DNA from: Thraustochytrium aureum
Lineage: Eukaryota
Direction: 5' to 3'
DNA: 64,000 nt
Assembly (NCBI GenBank): GCA_012862495.1
Contig: BLSG01000113.1
Coordinates: 12,599-76,598, forward strand
Under the pieces are notes generated by a model. That model saw nothing but the letters and a program-made list of their open reading frames with translations, made no database searches and had not been told where the DNA came from. Numbering within the stretch: position 1 is the stretch's first letter; the number at the start of each line of letters is the position of its first letter. The translations under genes were made by a program, and so were the position numbers. Positions 1 to 12,624 of this stretch are shown in pieces.

Positions 1-329
1 GCTGCTTGTCCTGCTGCTGCTGGTGCTGGTCCTGCTGCTGCTGGGGACGACGACGCCGTTGGTTGGTTGGTTGAAGATGAGAGGGAGAGACTCTGGAAAA
101 GTCTCGGCCTGGCGGGTGCCACGGCAGAGTACTCTGCAGATGTCATCAGCCGGTCTCGGGGCGGCCGCCGTGCGGGTGCGTGCGGGTGGCTCGTTCGCCG
201 AGGGTGGATCTTTCGGTCGGTCTACATGAGTCTACTAGGTAGGTACCGGTATGGCGTGCGCAGGCGCTGGGTGCGCTGCGGCTTGCTTGACTCGCGCGGA
301 GCAGAGTCGGACGGGGCAGGGCACGGCGC

Positions 330-3300
330 TCAGGACTCGTCCAGGTTGAGCGCCTGCGCGCGCTTCCACAGCTTGGATAGGACTGCGGCGCCCGCGCCAG
401 AGGCGATGGCGTCCTGGAGCTCGGCGCAGAGCTGCTGAGCGAGGAAGTTCTGCTCAAAGCGCTCAGACTCCTCGTGCGCGCGCTGGATGATGTCGTCAGG
501 TAGGCGCGCGAGGCGAGCCACGTTGAGGCCGTGCGACTTGTCCGACGCGCCGTCTGCAAGCTTGTACAGAAAAGTGACGTCGACGGCGGCAGGCCGCGGC
601 TTGTTGGCCTCGCTGTCGCCCGCCGCGCGGCGCGGCTCCTCCTCGGCTTGCGCGTAGCAAGCCATGTGGGCAGTGCGCACGGACGCACACGCAGCAAAGT
701 CCTCCACAAGCGCATGGTAGTGCGTTGCGAAGAGCGTCCGCGCGCCAACCTGGACGATCTTCTCCACCACGGCAGACGCAATCGCCGCGCCGTCGTGGGT
801 CGACGTGCCGCGGCCGAGCTCGTCCAGAATCACGAGCGAGCGGCGCGTCGCGTGGTGCAAAACTGTCGCGGTTTCGTCAAGCTCGACGAAAAACGTAGAC
901 TGCCCAGACATGATGGCGTCCGAGGCCCCGAGCCGCGTAAAGATGCGGTCCACGGGGGTGATCCGGGCCTCCCGAGCACACACGTAGCACCCAATCTGCG
1001 CCATCACAGTCGCAATGCAAGTCTGACGCAGCAGCGTCGACTTGCCGCCCATGTTGGGCCCTGTGAGAAGCATACAGCTCGCCAAGCCCTCGCCCCCGAT
1101 GCTCACGTCGTTCGGGATGAACGTCCCGCCCGACCGCTCCAGCATGCGCGCAACGCACGGGTGCCGCGATTCGACGAGCTCGAGCAGCGGGGCACCGGCG
1201 GGATCCAATATCTCGGGCCTGCACATTGGCGCCTCTTCTGCCGAGTTGCCAGACACAAGGGCGAGCGAGACGAGGCAATCGAGCTCGCGCACGATGGACA
1301 CGAGCCGCGCCCAGACGTCGCGGTGGCGGTCAAACTCCTCAAAAACAAGCCGCGTCGCATCTGCTTTGAGGAGCTCCAGCTTGGCTTCTGCCTCGGACAG
1401 TTTCACGAGGCGCTGCGTGATGGTCGAGGTGTGAAACCTTCGCACTGCGCGGGTCTTGGACTTGAGACTGAGTCCGGCAGGCGTCGTGCCGGCCCGCTTG
1501 AGCACATCGTCCGGGATGGCAATCTGAAACAGGTCGCGGCCTGTATTCGGGTGCCAAAATTTGATACTGCTCACATTGNNNNNNNNNNNNNNNNNNNNNN
1601 NNNNNNNNNNNNNNNNNNNNNNNNNNNNNNNNNNNNNNNNNNNNNNNNNNNNNNNNNNNNNNNNNNNNNNNNNNNNNNNNNNNNNNNNNNNNNNNNNNNN
1701 NNNNNNNNNNNNNNNNNNNNNNNNNNNNNNNNNNNNNNNNNNNNNNNNNNNNNNNNNNNNNNNNNNNNNNNNNNNNNNNNNNNNNNNNNNNNTCTTCCTC
1801 GAACGAGGCTTTGATCTCGTCCACGAGGGCGCAGGCCTTGTCGTATTTCTTGCTGGCTCCTGCCAGCGGCGTGATGCTCCCTGTACGCTCTGCGCTTTGC
1901 GCATCAAAGGACGCGGTGATGCGGTCGAGCATGGGCGCCCATTTGTCGACGGGGACGTCGCACAGCGGGGCGAGCGCTGCGCACGAGGAGGCGCTTAGCT
2001 CCCCAACTGCTTCGTGCAGACTCTCGAGCGCCTTGAGAGCAACGCGTGCCCCGCGCAACGTTTTGACGAGGCTGCTGATCTTGCCTTTGTTGTACTCGGC
2101 AAAGTCGTACAGGACGGCTCGCGAGTCGGGGTGCCGCGGGTCCTTCACGCCCACCGAGTGGACTCGCTGCAACATGCGCTCCATGTCCGGCAGTCCCTTG
2201 AACGAGGCGCGCAGGTTGGCGACCGCCTCGCCGTTCTGGATCAGCTCTATCAGCGCCGCCACGCAGTCCTGCCGTGCTCGGATCTCGCTGGGCGACTGCA
2301 GCGGCGAAGCAAGCCAGCGCCGCAAGTGCCGCTTGCCAAAGCGCGTCATGCACCGGTCGAGGAACGAGATGAGCGAGCCGTCTTCGTCGCCCGGCCGGTC
2401 TGCCACGCTCGAGTTGAACAGCTCCAGGTTGGCCAAGGCCTGGCCGTCCAGCACCATCTTTTCGTTCGCAAGCGTGTCGCGCGACGAGTCGGCGCCTCCT
2501 CCCGCCTCCTCCTGCGTGCCTCCCTGGGGGAGCTCGTACCTCGAAAAGTCGCGCATCGAGACGATCTTGCGGTCGATCAAGCAGCGACGCAGCACACGTA
2601 GAGCGACGCCTAGAGCAGCAAGGGCTGCTGCAAACTCTGGCCTCGGTCTCGCGTCCTCGGTGACCATTTCGCGCACCGCGACCGGCAGCCTGTCAACCGG
2701 GAGCGGCTCGCCGCCAGCAGAGCGCGACTCTCCTCGACCCGGTCCTGCAGCGTCCTCCTCTTCGTCCTCATCATCCGCGTCCAGGAGGTACCCATTTGAG
2801 GGATCAAGAAGCGTCTCGACGGCGTGGCGGGCCTCCTTTGCCGCGCTATCTTTGACCCCGCTCACGCGCGTGTGCACGACGGTCCCCTTCACGCCAGGGA
2901 CGTACGGGCACGAGTGTGAGAGGAGCGACATCGAGGAGACGTCGAGGTTGGCCGCTGAAAAGGCAACCTCGCCAGGCGACTCGCGCGCCAAGAGCATCCG
3001 GAGCCGGGCCCGGTTCGCCTGGTCGGCAAACTGCCCCACCGCAAAGCTCCCGGTCGTCGTGTCGAGGAGGCAGACCCCAAACTGGACCGCGGCCTCGTCC
3101 GCACTTCCGGAATTGCTTTGGTACAAGGCCACAAGCTGGTTGTGCGCGTCGTCGGCGCCATGCAGCCCGTCGCGCACGTCGAGAGTCCGCGTGCCCCGAC
3201 TGAGCATCCCGCACACCTCGCGGCGCACGGGTGCAGTCGTTTTGCCGGTTCGCTCCTTGGCGGCGGCCGGCGTCTCGGTCTGCTCGACGCGTGCAACGCG

Positions 3301-4545
3301 GTAGCCCAGCTGGACAAGTTGCTCGCTAAACTTGCCGTACGCCTTTTCCGGGAAACCGCAGTGAGCAACCTCGCCCTTCATGTACATGAGTGAGAGGTGC
3401 TTGACGGCGACGTCGGCGTCCATGTGATAGATCTCGTAAAACTTGCCAACCTTGAAGAACAGCACCGTGTCAAAAAAGGCGGCCTTGAAGCCCCACCAGA
3501 GCCGCATGGCAGGCGTGATCTTGCGCGGCTTGGCGTCGGGCGCGTGGCATGCGGCTTGGCCCTCGATGTAGCCCGTCGGGACGTAGAGCGTGCTCGGATC
3601 GTACAGGGGGTCGCTTGCGGGGCGGCCGGCGCCGTCCTTGATCTTGTCTGGCTGCAGCCACGGAAGCTTGTGGTGCTCGTGGTCTCCAATGGGCTGCACG
3701 CCCACCTTGGGCGACCCCGGGGCGGACGGCATCATGGGGGAGGGGGCCCTGGACACGGAAGAACCTACCGACTTGGTCGACGACCTGTTCAACGGGGTCG
3801 AGACGGCGGCCAGCGCTTTCAGCGGCGTCCGAATCGGGGTTCCCGAAGCCACTGGGCCAGACCCCGCAACTGGCGAGCCCGTGACAGGGCTGCGAGAGGC
3901 CGAGGCAGCACGACCGTTGCTCAGCGCCTTGCTCTTGCGCTTTCGGGACGGCTTGCTCGTGTCTGCTTCCTCTTCGTCGACGAGGTCGTCCAGCTCCGCT
4001 TCTTCTTCCGACGACGCTGCGCCACCGCCCTTGCCGCCGGCCTCTACATAGTCGTCGTCCGAGTTGTCCTCGCTTGCCAGCTCCTCCTCGGATTCGTCGT
4101 CGCTGGCAACGACTTTGCGGCGCTTCACCGCAGAGCTCGACTTTCTCGCTGGGCGCGAGGGCCTGGCCTCGCCTGAACCTTTGGTGGCCGGTTTTGCCGT
4201 GCTGCCGCTCGGTGTTGGCGGCGAGGTCTTTTTCGTAAGATGCCCGTTCACTCGCTTCCCGTTTGTCGCGCGCTGCGCCGGGGCTGTGACCATTTGCTCC
4301 TCAACGCTATCCGCGAGCGCTGCCAGCATGTCATCCTCGTCCTCCTCGTCGTCCGAGTCGATCACCATTTTTTTCGCTGGCGTTGGCTTTTTCACAGCCG
4401 CGCCCGAGGAAATTGACTTGAGCAGCGGCTTTTTCTCCTTGCTCTTGCCAGCAGCAGGGCTGCCTTTGTCGGCGCGCGGCTGGCTTGCGCCGGAGCTGCT
4501 GCCCCTGGCCGCGTCCTTCTTAAACCCAAACGAAAACAACGACAT
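330..4545 (-). CDS. MSH6: DNA mismatch repair protein MSH6 (MutS-alpha subunit); interrupted by N-gap ~1579-1792
   Basis: ORFs 1339..4938 and 330..1907 join across the gap. Motifs: N-terminal PIP-like MSLFSFGFKK, acidic/low-complexity linker, FFKVGKFYEIYHMDA mismatch-binding motif, Walker A TGPNMGGKSTLLRQ, DRIFTRLGA, LVILDELGRGTST, FATHYH. ATG at 4545. Confidence 0.96.
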
Positions 4546-5315
4546 CCTTCCCTCAACCGCCCGCCCTGACTCGCGCGCAACGATGCAGCCCTCCTCCCCG
4601 ACCTCGCGCGGCTGGCGCAGGCCTTCGACCGCGGAGCGCCCCAAAAAGCGCGCCCCAAAAAAGCACCAAAAAAAACCAAAGCCAAACNNNNNNNNNNNNN
4701 NNNNNNNNNNNNNNNNNNNNNNNNNNNNNNNNNNNNNNNNNNNNNNNNNNNNNNNNNNNNNNNNNNNNNNNNNNNNNNNNNNNNNNNNNNNNNNNNNNNN
4801 NNNNNNNNNNNNNNNNNNNNNNNNNNNNNNNNNNNNNNNNNNNNNNNNNNNNNNNNNNNNNNNNNNNNNNNNNNNNNGCTGCTGCTGCTCGATCGCGTTC
4901 CGTGTCCTGCCAGCTTGCGGCCAGCTTCGATCATTCAAAAAACTTGCACAACCAAACCAAACCCTCTAAAGGTAACCTAGGGCAAAATTTTGAAAATGTT
5001 CTAGTATCATTAACGTATAGAGAGTCATTTTAATAGAGGGTTATTCTGTTTTGTAGTTGATTTGAGACAGAGATTTTGCGGAACGAAACGCTATGAAATT
5101 GGTTTGAGTGCCTTTGTTTCTTGTGATGGCAGATGCCCATTCACCTCGAGACACGCGCGGCGGGGAGGGCAAGCAAGGAGGAGCGCATCGGTTGGGGCCG
5201 AGGTCGTGGCCCGGACGGGGAGCGTGCGCGGCTCTGGCGCTCGTGGTGGCGCCCGCGTGCGCGCGATCGGGTTTCTGCCACGCGGTGTATAGCTCGCGAC
5301 GACGGACGAGGCGAA

Positions 5316-7956
5316 ATGTCGGAGCGCATGAAGAGCCTCGACATCCCGTATCTGCCGCAAAATGCGCCAGAGATGGACACGCCTGACGAGTTCGTTCGCG
5401 AGCTTTACCCACATCAGAAGCGGGCCTTGCACAGGATGTGCAAGATCGAGCGCGACCCGAACTTCCTCAAAGAGGGTTTCACACGAGAAAAGCTCGGCAC
5501 ATTTCTCGACTATGAAGCCAAGGGCGGCTGCCTGTGCGAATCCGTGGGCATGGGCAAATCAGCCGAGGTCCTTGCGCTCATCTTGAGCGAGCCGCGTAAC
5601 CCCGAGTTGGGACCCAACCTGCTTTTGGCCCCAACGCACTTGCTTGACCAATGGACCCGCGAAGCGGCCAAGTTTTGCCAGCCAGGCAGCATAACCGTCA
5701 TCACTGGCCTCAAAGCGTACCAGGACATTGTGCGGAAAACCCCGCTCTCGCTGGACAACCGCACGCTGATCGTGGTCGACGCGCACAGCGTGCTTTTGAG
5801 CCGAAGGGTTAACTACCACTTTCGGGAGCTGTTCAAGTTTGACGAGGCGACGAAAAAGGTGACCCGTTTGCCAGTCCAGCCGGAGATGGCCAAACTCTTC
5901 AAGGCCAAAGCGTGCTTCATCAACCCAGGGTACAGCGGAACAATGTACGGGTACGGCGGCCCCAAAGAGCAGGCTCTGTTTTTCCCACAGCTTGTCCTGG
6001 GCAACGGGCGTTCTGGGTTCCGGCGCGTCATCTTTGACGAGATCCAGGACCTCGTGGAGGAGGGCAAGGAGGAAAAGGACTGCCTGCTGCAGCTTGTCCA
6101 GTACACCACCAACACGTGGCTGGTGACGGCGACGCCGTTTCCAGCGCAGGCAGCCTCCGTTTATGCAAACCACCAGCTGCTCGGCTTTAAGCGGCTCAAG
6201 TTGAACTGCGTCCAGCCCGACCCGCTTCCGTATGACGCTCCGTTCGAGGTTATCAAGCGCAAGCTCTACATCCGGTCTCCCGATCAGGTTCGCAGCGAGG
6301 CCATCAAGGTACAGCACTCGGCCCACGTGCGCCACTTTGAGCTCTCCGAGGTCGAGGCAGCCCTTTACCGCACGCTCTTCCGCAAGGCCCGCATGGCCGC
6401 CGAAAGCGACGACCAGAGCTTTTGGGATGAACATTACATGCGCCTTCGTTCGGCCATCTCGCACCCTGCCGTGTCCGAATCGATCCGCGAAGAGCTCCGC
6501 CAGCTCAAGCCAAAGCGCGGCCCGGGGGGTGGCTTTTACTCAGCTGTCCCCACCGCCTTGAGCCTTGCCTTCAACTTTAACGGTGGCCTGGTGGGTCTCG
6601 CGCGCAAGCTGCTGGACACGCGGCGCCAGGACATTGCCGCCACTGCGGAGACCATCCTCGACACTGACGCTCGAGTCCTTCCGGCATTAGAGGACTCTAT
6701 CGCTCTCGCGAAGAGGCTCTGCGACGAGATTCCGCATGGCTTGACGACCGGGTTGATCAGCCTCTCCACCGAAGCGGTAGCCGACCTCGTGCTGCAGATG
6801 AACATGCGGGGCATCCGCGTCCGCGCGCGCACCTCCAAGACGGTCAAGATCAAGGAGGACATTTACTCTGAGCCAGACGCCATCGTGCAGTACGTCGCCA
6901 CGTTTCTCCGTGACATTGCGTACCTGCGCGAGTACCGCCGCACCACAGAGGAGATGTTCGAGAGGCGAACCAAAAAGCAAGCCACGCTCAAAGCGAATCT
7001 CCCCATTCTCCGCAACGAGGTAAACAAGCTGGCACTCCTTCTCCAAGACAGCTCCAAGCTGGCACCGCGGTACGGCACCAAGATCCAGGAGCTCATAGAC
7101 CTCGTCCGCGCCACGCCTCGCACGGAGCGCATGATCGTCTTCAGCGCTTTCACAGACCTACTCGCGGTGCTCACCAAGGCCTTTGAGCGCGAGGGCCTCC
7201 CAGCGATCCGCCTCCATGGGAACGCCGCCATGCGAGCGGCCGCGATCAACGACTTTTGCGACGACAAGGCGCACGTGCTCTTCGCCTCTCTCGAGGAGTC
7301 TGCTTCCGGGACCAACTTGCAGGTGGCCCAGCACGTCGTCTTCCTGGACCTCCCAGGCGTCTCTGACACTCAAGCTGCTGCCTCGGTGACGCAGGCGACT
7401 GGACGCGTCATCCGCATGGGACAGGACAAGTCTGTCAAGGTCCACTACTTTGTGGCCAACAACACGGTCGAAGTGCTCCTCCTCAACGACCTCCACTCAG
7501 CGGTGGAGGACCGCCAAAACATCGACGCGTTCAACCATGACTACGTTGCAGAAGGTCTTGAAGGTGACAATCCTGGCAACCCGATTGAGTCTGTCAAGGC
7601 CCTCCCTTCGGTTTCAGGGGGTCGAGGTTGTCGAACAGCTCACGCTCGAGCAGCGCCTTAACAACTCGCTCAACGCTGCAGAGAAATCCGGAGCGATTGT
7701 CGATCTCGCCGATTCCGACGACGAGGACGACCAGCCTGGTGCGCCCACGCTGCCTCAGTCGGCCAGCGGTGGTCCCAGCCTCGACTTGAAGCGAGCTTCG
7801 ACAAACACGATGCAACCGCAAGACAGCAACAGCGCTGGCGTCGTGGTCAAGCTCGAGCCTGGGCTTGGCGGCGGGCCCACTGCGAAGCGCGTCAAGCTCA
7901 GCAGTACCATCGGTAGCAGCATCAGCAGCAGCAGCAGTGAAGCTGCATCTTCGTAG
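5316..7956 (+). CDS. SNF2-family helicase-like ATPase (Rad5/Rad16-like architecture, no RING seen); probable frameshift near 7620
   Basis: ELYPHQKRAL (Q motif), GGCLCESVGMGKS (motif I), FRRVIFDEIQD (II), LVTATP (III), YGTKIQEL/MIVFSAF (IV), SGTNLQVAQHVVFLD (V), QATGRVIRMGQ (VI). The C-terminus appears to continue in ORF 7450..7956 after a G-run. Confidence 0.85.
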
Positions 7957-8351
7957 CGATTATGCGAAAGCGCCTCCCAATACAATCTGATTCGCCGAGC
8001 GGCCTTGCCGGCACCAAGCGCCCACAGTGGACCGCATCTTCAGCCGCTGCATGGCTTCAGCTTCCTTGTTGTTGAAAAGGGTGCCGATGAACTGGTCGCC
8101 GCGAAACACGAGCCACGTCGCCGGACTGCAAGGAAGGTTTGCAGTTGCCTCACGGTCCCACAGAGCGTCTCGCCGGCACTGCGAACCCAACGCCGTACAG
8201 CACAGACGCGCAGACCGTGGCACAGCCCACGGCGCATGTGCCTGACATGCGCCATGTTTGATGCCTGGGCCTAAGTCCCCCCTCCCCGAGATGTGGCCTT
8301 CTGCGAGAAACGCAGGCAGTCGCCCATCTCTCGCGCTGTCGGGGCTCAGCC

Positions 8352-10238
8352 ATGAAGCGCAAGCGCGACGAGGAGGACGGGCCCTCGGAGGACGATGCAG
8401 GCCAGCGCGCTCCCAAAGCCATTCGTAGTGTCCCTGCCGCTGGCGTTCTAGTCGACGCGGGAGCCCCGGCGGTGGACGGTGGCCAAAGTGCGGCTGCCGA
8501 ACGGGCTCGAGCGCGGTCGGCGACAACTTGCCCGTTTCTGCACACGGTGAACCGGCGGGCGCTCAATTTCGACTTTGAAAAGGTCTGCAGCGTGACCCTG
8601 AGCACGCAGAACGTCTACGCCTGCTTGGTGTGTGGCAAGTACTTTCAGGGGCGCGGGCATGGGACCCCCGCAGAGACGCACAGCGTGCAGGCCGAGCACT
8701 TTGTATTTATCAACCTCGCGGACGCGCGCATCTTTTGCTTGCCGGACAACTACCAAGTTGAGGACAGCTCGCTGCAAGACATCCAGTCCAACCTTCTCCC
8801 CAAGTTCTCCGCAGAGGCCATCCTCCGCGTGGACGAGTCTGCGAGCACGCCGCGCACCGACGTGTTTGGCACCGCGTACGTGCCCGGGTTTAGCCCCATG
8901 AACGATCTCAGCGGGTCTGACTTTGTCAACGCGGCGCTGCAGGCCCTCGCACATGTTGCGCCGCTGCGCGACTTCTTTCTGGATGCCAACAACTACTCGG
9001 ACTCGAACAGTCTCGTGGTGCGCCGCTTTGGAGAGACCATGTGCAAGCTGTGGAACCCGGCCAAGCTCAAAGCCTCCGTGTCGGCCAACGAGTTCATGGA
9101 GGCGGTTTCCGCGGCCAGCGGCGGCCAGTTCCGGCTCGGCAAGCAGGCCGACTGCGCGGACTTTATCAAATGGCTCCTCCACGAGCTGCACACTGGCCTC
9201 GGCGGGTCGCGCAAGCCTGGCTCGAGCGTAATCCATCTGTGCTTTCAGGGCCAAGTCCAAGTCTCAACGCAAGAGATCCCCAAAAACCTGCAACCCGTCG
9301 CAGATGAGCTGGATGGCATTGCAGCTCGCGACAAAGCAGAGGCGATCAAGGTTGACACGCCCATACGGCGCCAGGTAGTCCCCGCACTCATGTTTGCGCT
9401 CGAGTTGCCCAATTCGCCATTATTTCGCGACTCGCGCGAGGGCAAGTCGCTCGTGCCTGAGATCGACATGAGCGAGGCGCTCGCAAAATACGGGGGTGGG
9501 CAGTATTTTGACACGGTACGCGAGGGGCGCGTCGAGCGGCGAACGTACAGGATCGTCAAGCTCCCCCCGTACGTCATATTTCACGTCAATCGCTTCATTC
9601 GCACCGGATGGGGCGTTGAGAAAAACAGGACCATTCTCAAGCTTGAGGTGACCAACCTCGACCTTTCGCCGTTCGTGGGCGTTGACGCGCCTTCAGATCC
9701 GGGTGACCTCTCGTCCGCGAGTGCGGCAGAGCTGAAATCGCTTGCGGCTAAGCACGGCGTTGACACCGCCGGCATTGTGGAAAAACACGCGCTCGCAGCC
9801 AAGGTGCAAGCGGCCATTTCCGACGCATCGCGCAGCGCGCAAGAGGCTACGGCGAAGGGCAGAGGAAAGAGCCAACGGGCATCCAAGCGAGTTGTTGCCG
9901 TGCCCTCCCTTCGCCCAGTCGGGCGTCTTGCTCGCTACGACCTCGTTTCCAACATTTGCCACAAGACCGTCAAGCCCACCGTACGTTGCTTTGCCTCGCT
10001 CTGTTTGCTCGTATCTCGCGCTTGACACTGACGCGTCGCGCCGTGACATGCTGCGCCGTGCTTGTAGGAAGTGGCTGCTGGGACCCAAGTCATCGAAAAC
10101 GGAACGTACCTTGCGCACGCCCTCAACCAATCGAGGCGGCAATGGTACGAGCTGTCCAACCTTGACGTGAACGAGACTATGCCGCAGCTCATCGCCTGCT
10201 CCGAGTCGTACATTGCCATTTACCGAAACACTTCGTAG
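8352..10238 (+). CDS. USP39: U4/U6.U5 tri-snRNP-associated protein 2 (USP39/Sad1), one intron 9981-10067
   Basis: CPFLHTVNRRALNFDFEKVCSVTLS..NVYACLVCGKYFQGRG ZnF-UBP, followed by an inactive USP box (MNDLSGSDFVNAALQAL). The GT..AG intron (branch-like CTGAC) restores the C-terminus ...WYELSNLDVNETMPQLIACSESYIAIY..TAG. Confidence 0.95.
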
Positions 10239-10260
10239 CAGAGCCGCAACAAATCAAAAA

Positions 10261-10327
10261 CTGATCAGCGCGCACTCGTCGCGAACAGGAAACCAATTCT
10301 GATCAAAGCGCACTCGTCGCGAACAGG
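10261..10327. repeat. Two-copy direct repeat (~29 bp core, 38 bp period)
   Basis: ctgatcagcgcgcactcgtcgcgaacagg and ctgatcaaagcgcactcgtcgcgaacagg immediately downstream of the USP39 stop. Confidence 0.85.
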
Positions 10328-10843
10328 TGAGCGAACAGTCAGTCAACATGGGCGTCCACGCCTCAGTTCATCAGGCCCAACGGCGTTGCTGTTTCCCTCG
10401 CAGTTTTCGAAATTGTCCATCTTNNNNNNNNNNNNNNNNNNNNNNNNNNNNNNNNNNNNNNNNNNNNNNNNNNNNNNNNNNNNNNNNNNNNNNNNNNNNN
10501 NNNNNNNNNNNNNNNNNNNNNNNNNNNNNNNNNNNNNNNNNNNNNNNNNNNNNNNNNNNNNNNNNNNNNNNNNNNNNNNNNNNNNNNNNNNNNNNNNNNN
10601 NNNNNNNNNNNNNNNNNNNNNNNNNNNNNNNNNNNNNNNNNNNNNNNNNNNNNNNNNNNNNNNNNNNNNNNNNNNNNNNNNNNNNGGCGCTCGGCACCGA
10701 CCCAGAGGCTGGCGGCGCGGAGCCACGCTCGACCGGGCGAAGGCAAGGGCCCTCTCCGTGGTAGCTCTAGCTAGAGCTCTCGAGCTCTCAAGCCCCGAGG
10801 TGGGCGGTTTGTAGAAGGTGGGCGGGGGCTTGTGGAAGTGGGA

Positions 10844-11368
10844 ATGGGGGATGGCGCACCCGGCGAAAACAACGCACTACACCTCCCACCGCCTCGCAAG
10901 GCGTTTGTGCGCAGCGCCCTGGAGTGGCGCGCACAGCGCGATGGCGCCGCCGCGCAGAGGTACTGGGTACAAGGCTTTGTAGTCCACGTCGAGCCCGAGG
11001 ACGGCGGGGCAACAGTTTTGCTAGACGACGGCACCGGCCTTGTACACATAGCTGTCGGCGCCGGCATCGGCGCGAACCCGACAAAAGGTACGTGGGTCCC
11101 CTGGCACGCTCCGCGCGGACTAGGTTGACAGAGTACATCGCTTGTTGAATGCAAAAGCTAACTGACCTAATGAGCTGCGTCGACGTGTGGCGCAGGCCAA
11201 TATGCCATGGTCGTTTTCCCCAAGACCGCAGCTCCCGTCGCACCGGCGCACACGTTTATCGACCTGTCCAAACGACCGAACCGGGTCGCGCTCTGGTGGG
11301 CTGAAGTTGCCGTCGCAAACGCCCGCGTCGTTGAGTCGAGCCGAGACACCCTCCCGGAGCTTCGCTGA
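10844..11368 (+). CDS. RMI2: RecQ-mediated genome instability protein 2-like (OB fold), intron 11088-11195
   Basis: Exon 1 YWVQGFVV...VLLDDGTG. After the GTACGT..GCAG intron: GQYAMVV...FIDLSKRPNRVALWWAEV, resembling the RMI2 C-terminal DLS..P....W..EV pattern. Confidence 0.72.
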
Positions 11369-12157
11369 TTATGCCTCGCTCACGAGCACGGCCTCTATAT
11401 CGTGCATGCGGGACGGGTCGATCAAGGGGCGCTCTGACCAGACAGCCAAGTAGACTGTGAGAGCGTCGCGTGTTGAAGCGCCAAAGCTTCGCGCGAAGTC
11501 GTCGTTCAATTCGCGCAAGTCGTCCAGCACATCCCGCTTGCATTGCAAGTCGCTACTGAGTGCCGTGACGACTTCCTCGAGCAAAGCCTCTGCTCGACCG
11601 AAATCGCAGTCAGTCAGTCAGTCAGTCAGTCAGTCAGCCTGCCAGAGGCTTGGCAGGTAGCAATCGACCTGCGGGCCACGCTGCGCGGCACTCACCAACG
11701 TGGAACAGCGAGCAGGTCTTGCCAAGCAGGCGGCCCTGCGCCGCCGCGCTCAGCGGCAGCAAGCGGTCGCAAGCGTCGCCAAGGGCAAAGAGCGACTGCT
11801 CCGCCTCTCGCACCCAGGCAGCCTGCAAGAGGCCCAATGCGAGTCAGCGTTTGCCAAAGCCAACATAACCCCACAGCATCACCACACGTACCATTTCTGC
11901 AACCACCTCCTCCAAGCTCCCAAGAAGGCGGCGCCGGTCTTGGACAAGCTTGTCTAGCACAACTCGCTGCACCTCCGTGTTCTCTGCAAGAACGCCCCAG
12001 TTGAGTGCGTCGCCAGTGAAACTTGTCAAAACGCAGGCCAAGCCAACCTAGTCAGCGCCGACGGCTGGCGCTTGCCTGCGCGTCCATCCAACTCACCTCG
12101 CCTCAATCAACGCGTTGCACAGCGCCGCCAGCACCAGCGTGCCCCTTCTCTGAGAGC
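11369..12157 (-). CDS. Multi-exon helical protein resembling the C1orf109/CK2S/CINP-like family; 5' end in gap
   Basis: At least four exons joined by canonical GTGAGT/GTACGT..AG introns: ...LAALCNALIEAS / FTGDALNWGVLAENTEVQRVVLDKL... / AAWVREAEQ... / ALLEEVV...YLAVWSERPLID. The family assignment is from memory of motifs and is tentative. Confidence 0.55.
11607..11637. repeat. (CAGT)n microsatellite within an intron
   Basis: cagtcagtcagt... seen directly. Confidence 0.9.
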
Positions 12158-12423
12158 TNNNNNNNNNNNNNNNNNNNNNNNNNNNNNNNNNNNNNNNNNN
12201 NNNNNNNNNNNNNNNNNNNNNNNNNNNNNNNNNNNNNNNNNNNNNNNNNNNNNNNNNNNNNNNNNNNNNNNNNNNNNNNNNNNNNNNNNNNNNNNNNNNN
12301 NNNNNNNNNNNNNNNNNNNNNNNNNNNNNNNNNNNNNNNNNNNNNNNNNNNNNNNNNNNNNNNNNNNNNNNNNNNNNNNNNNNNNNNNNNNNNNNNNNNN
12401 NNNNNNNNNNGCCGCCGCCGCCG

Positions 12424-12460
<37 letters not shown>
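12424..12460. repeat. (CTG)n microsatellite
   Basis: About 11-12 consecutive ctg units next to an assembly gap. Confidence 0.9.
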
Positions 12461-12461
<1 letters not shown>

Positions 12462-12624
12462 CTTGAAGGCCTGGCGTCCGGACGGCTTTTTTGGAGCTGT
12501 GCGTTGAGCGTCTCGACAACTGGATGCTGAGTCGAGCAGCGAACCCGTGTGCTTGACGGGCGAACGCTCCGGGGATGGGGCGCTGCTCGCTCTGGGTGCC
12601 GCCGTAGGGCCCGCGCTGGCCTTC

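Noticed and set aside
1..146. Possible minus-strand gene start (ATG ~146, MTSAEYSAVAPARPRLFQSLSLIF...) running off the window
   Set aside because: Too short and low-complexity to support from this window alone.
531..4969. Long plus-strand ORFs (531..1814, 1811..3304, 3397..4176, 4064..4969) and similar antisense ORFs elsewhere (e.g. 35048..36601, 38437..40155, 42842..44473, 57227..58243)
   Set aside because: Shadow ORFs opposite real GC-rich genes, with no recognisable motifs.
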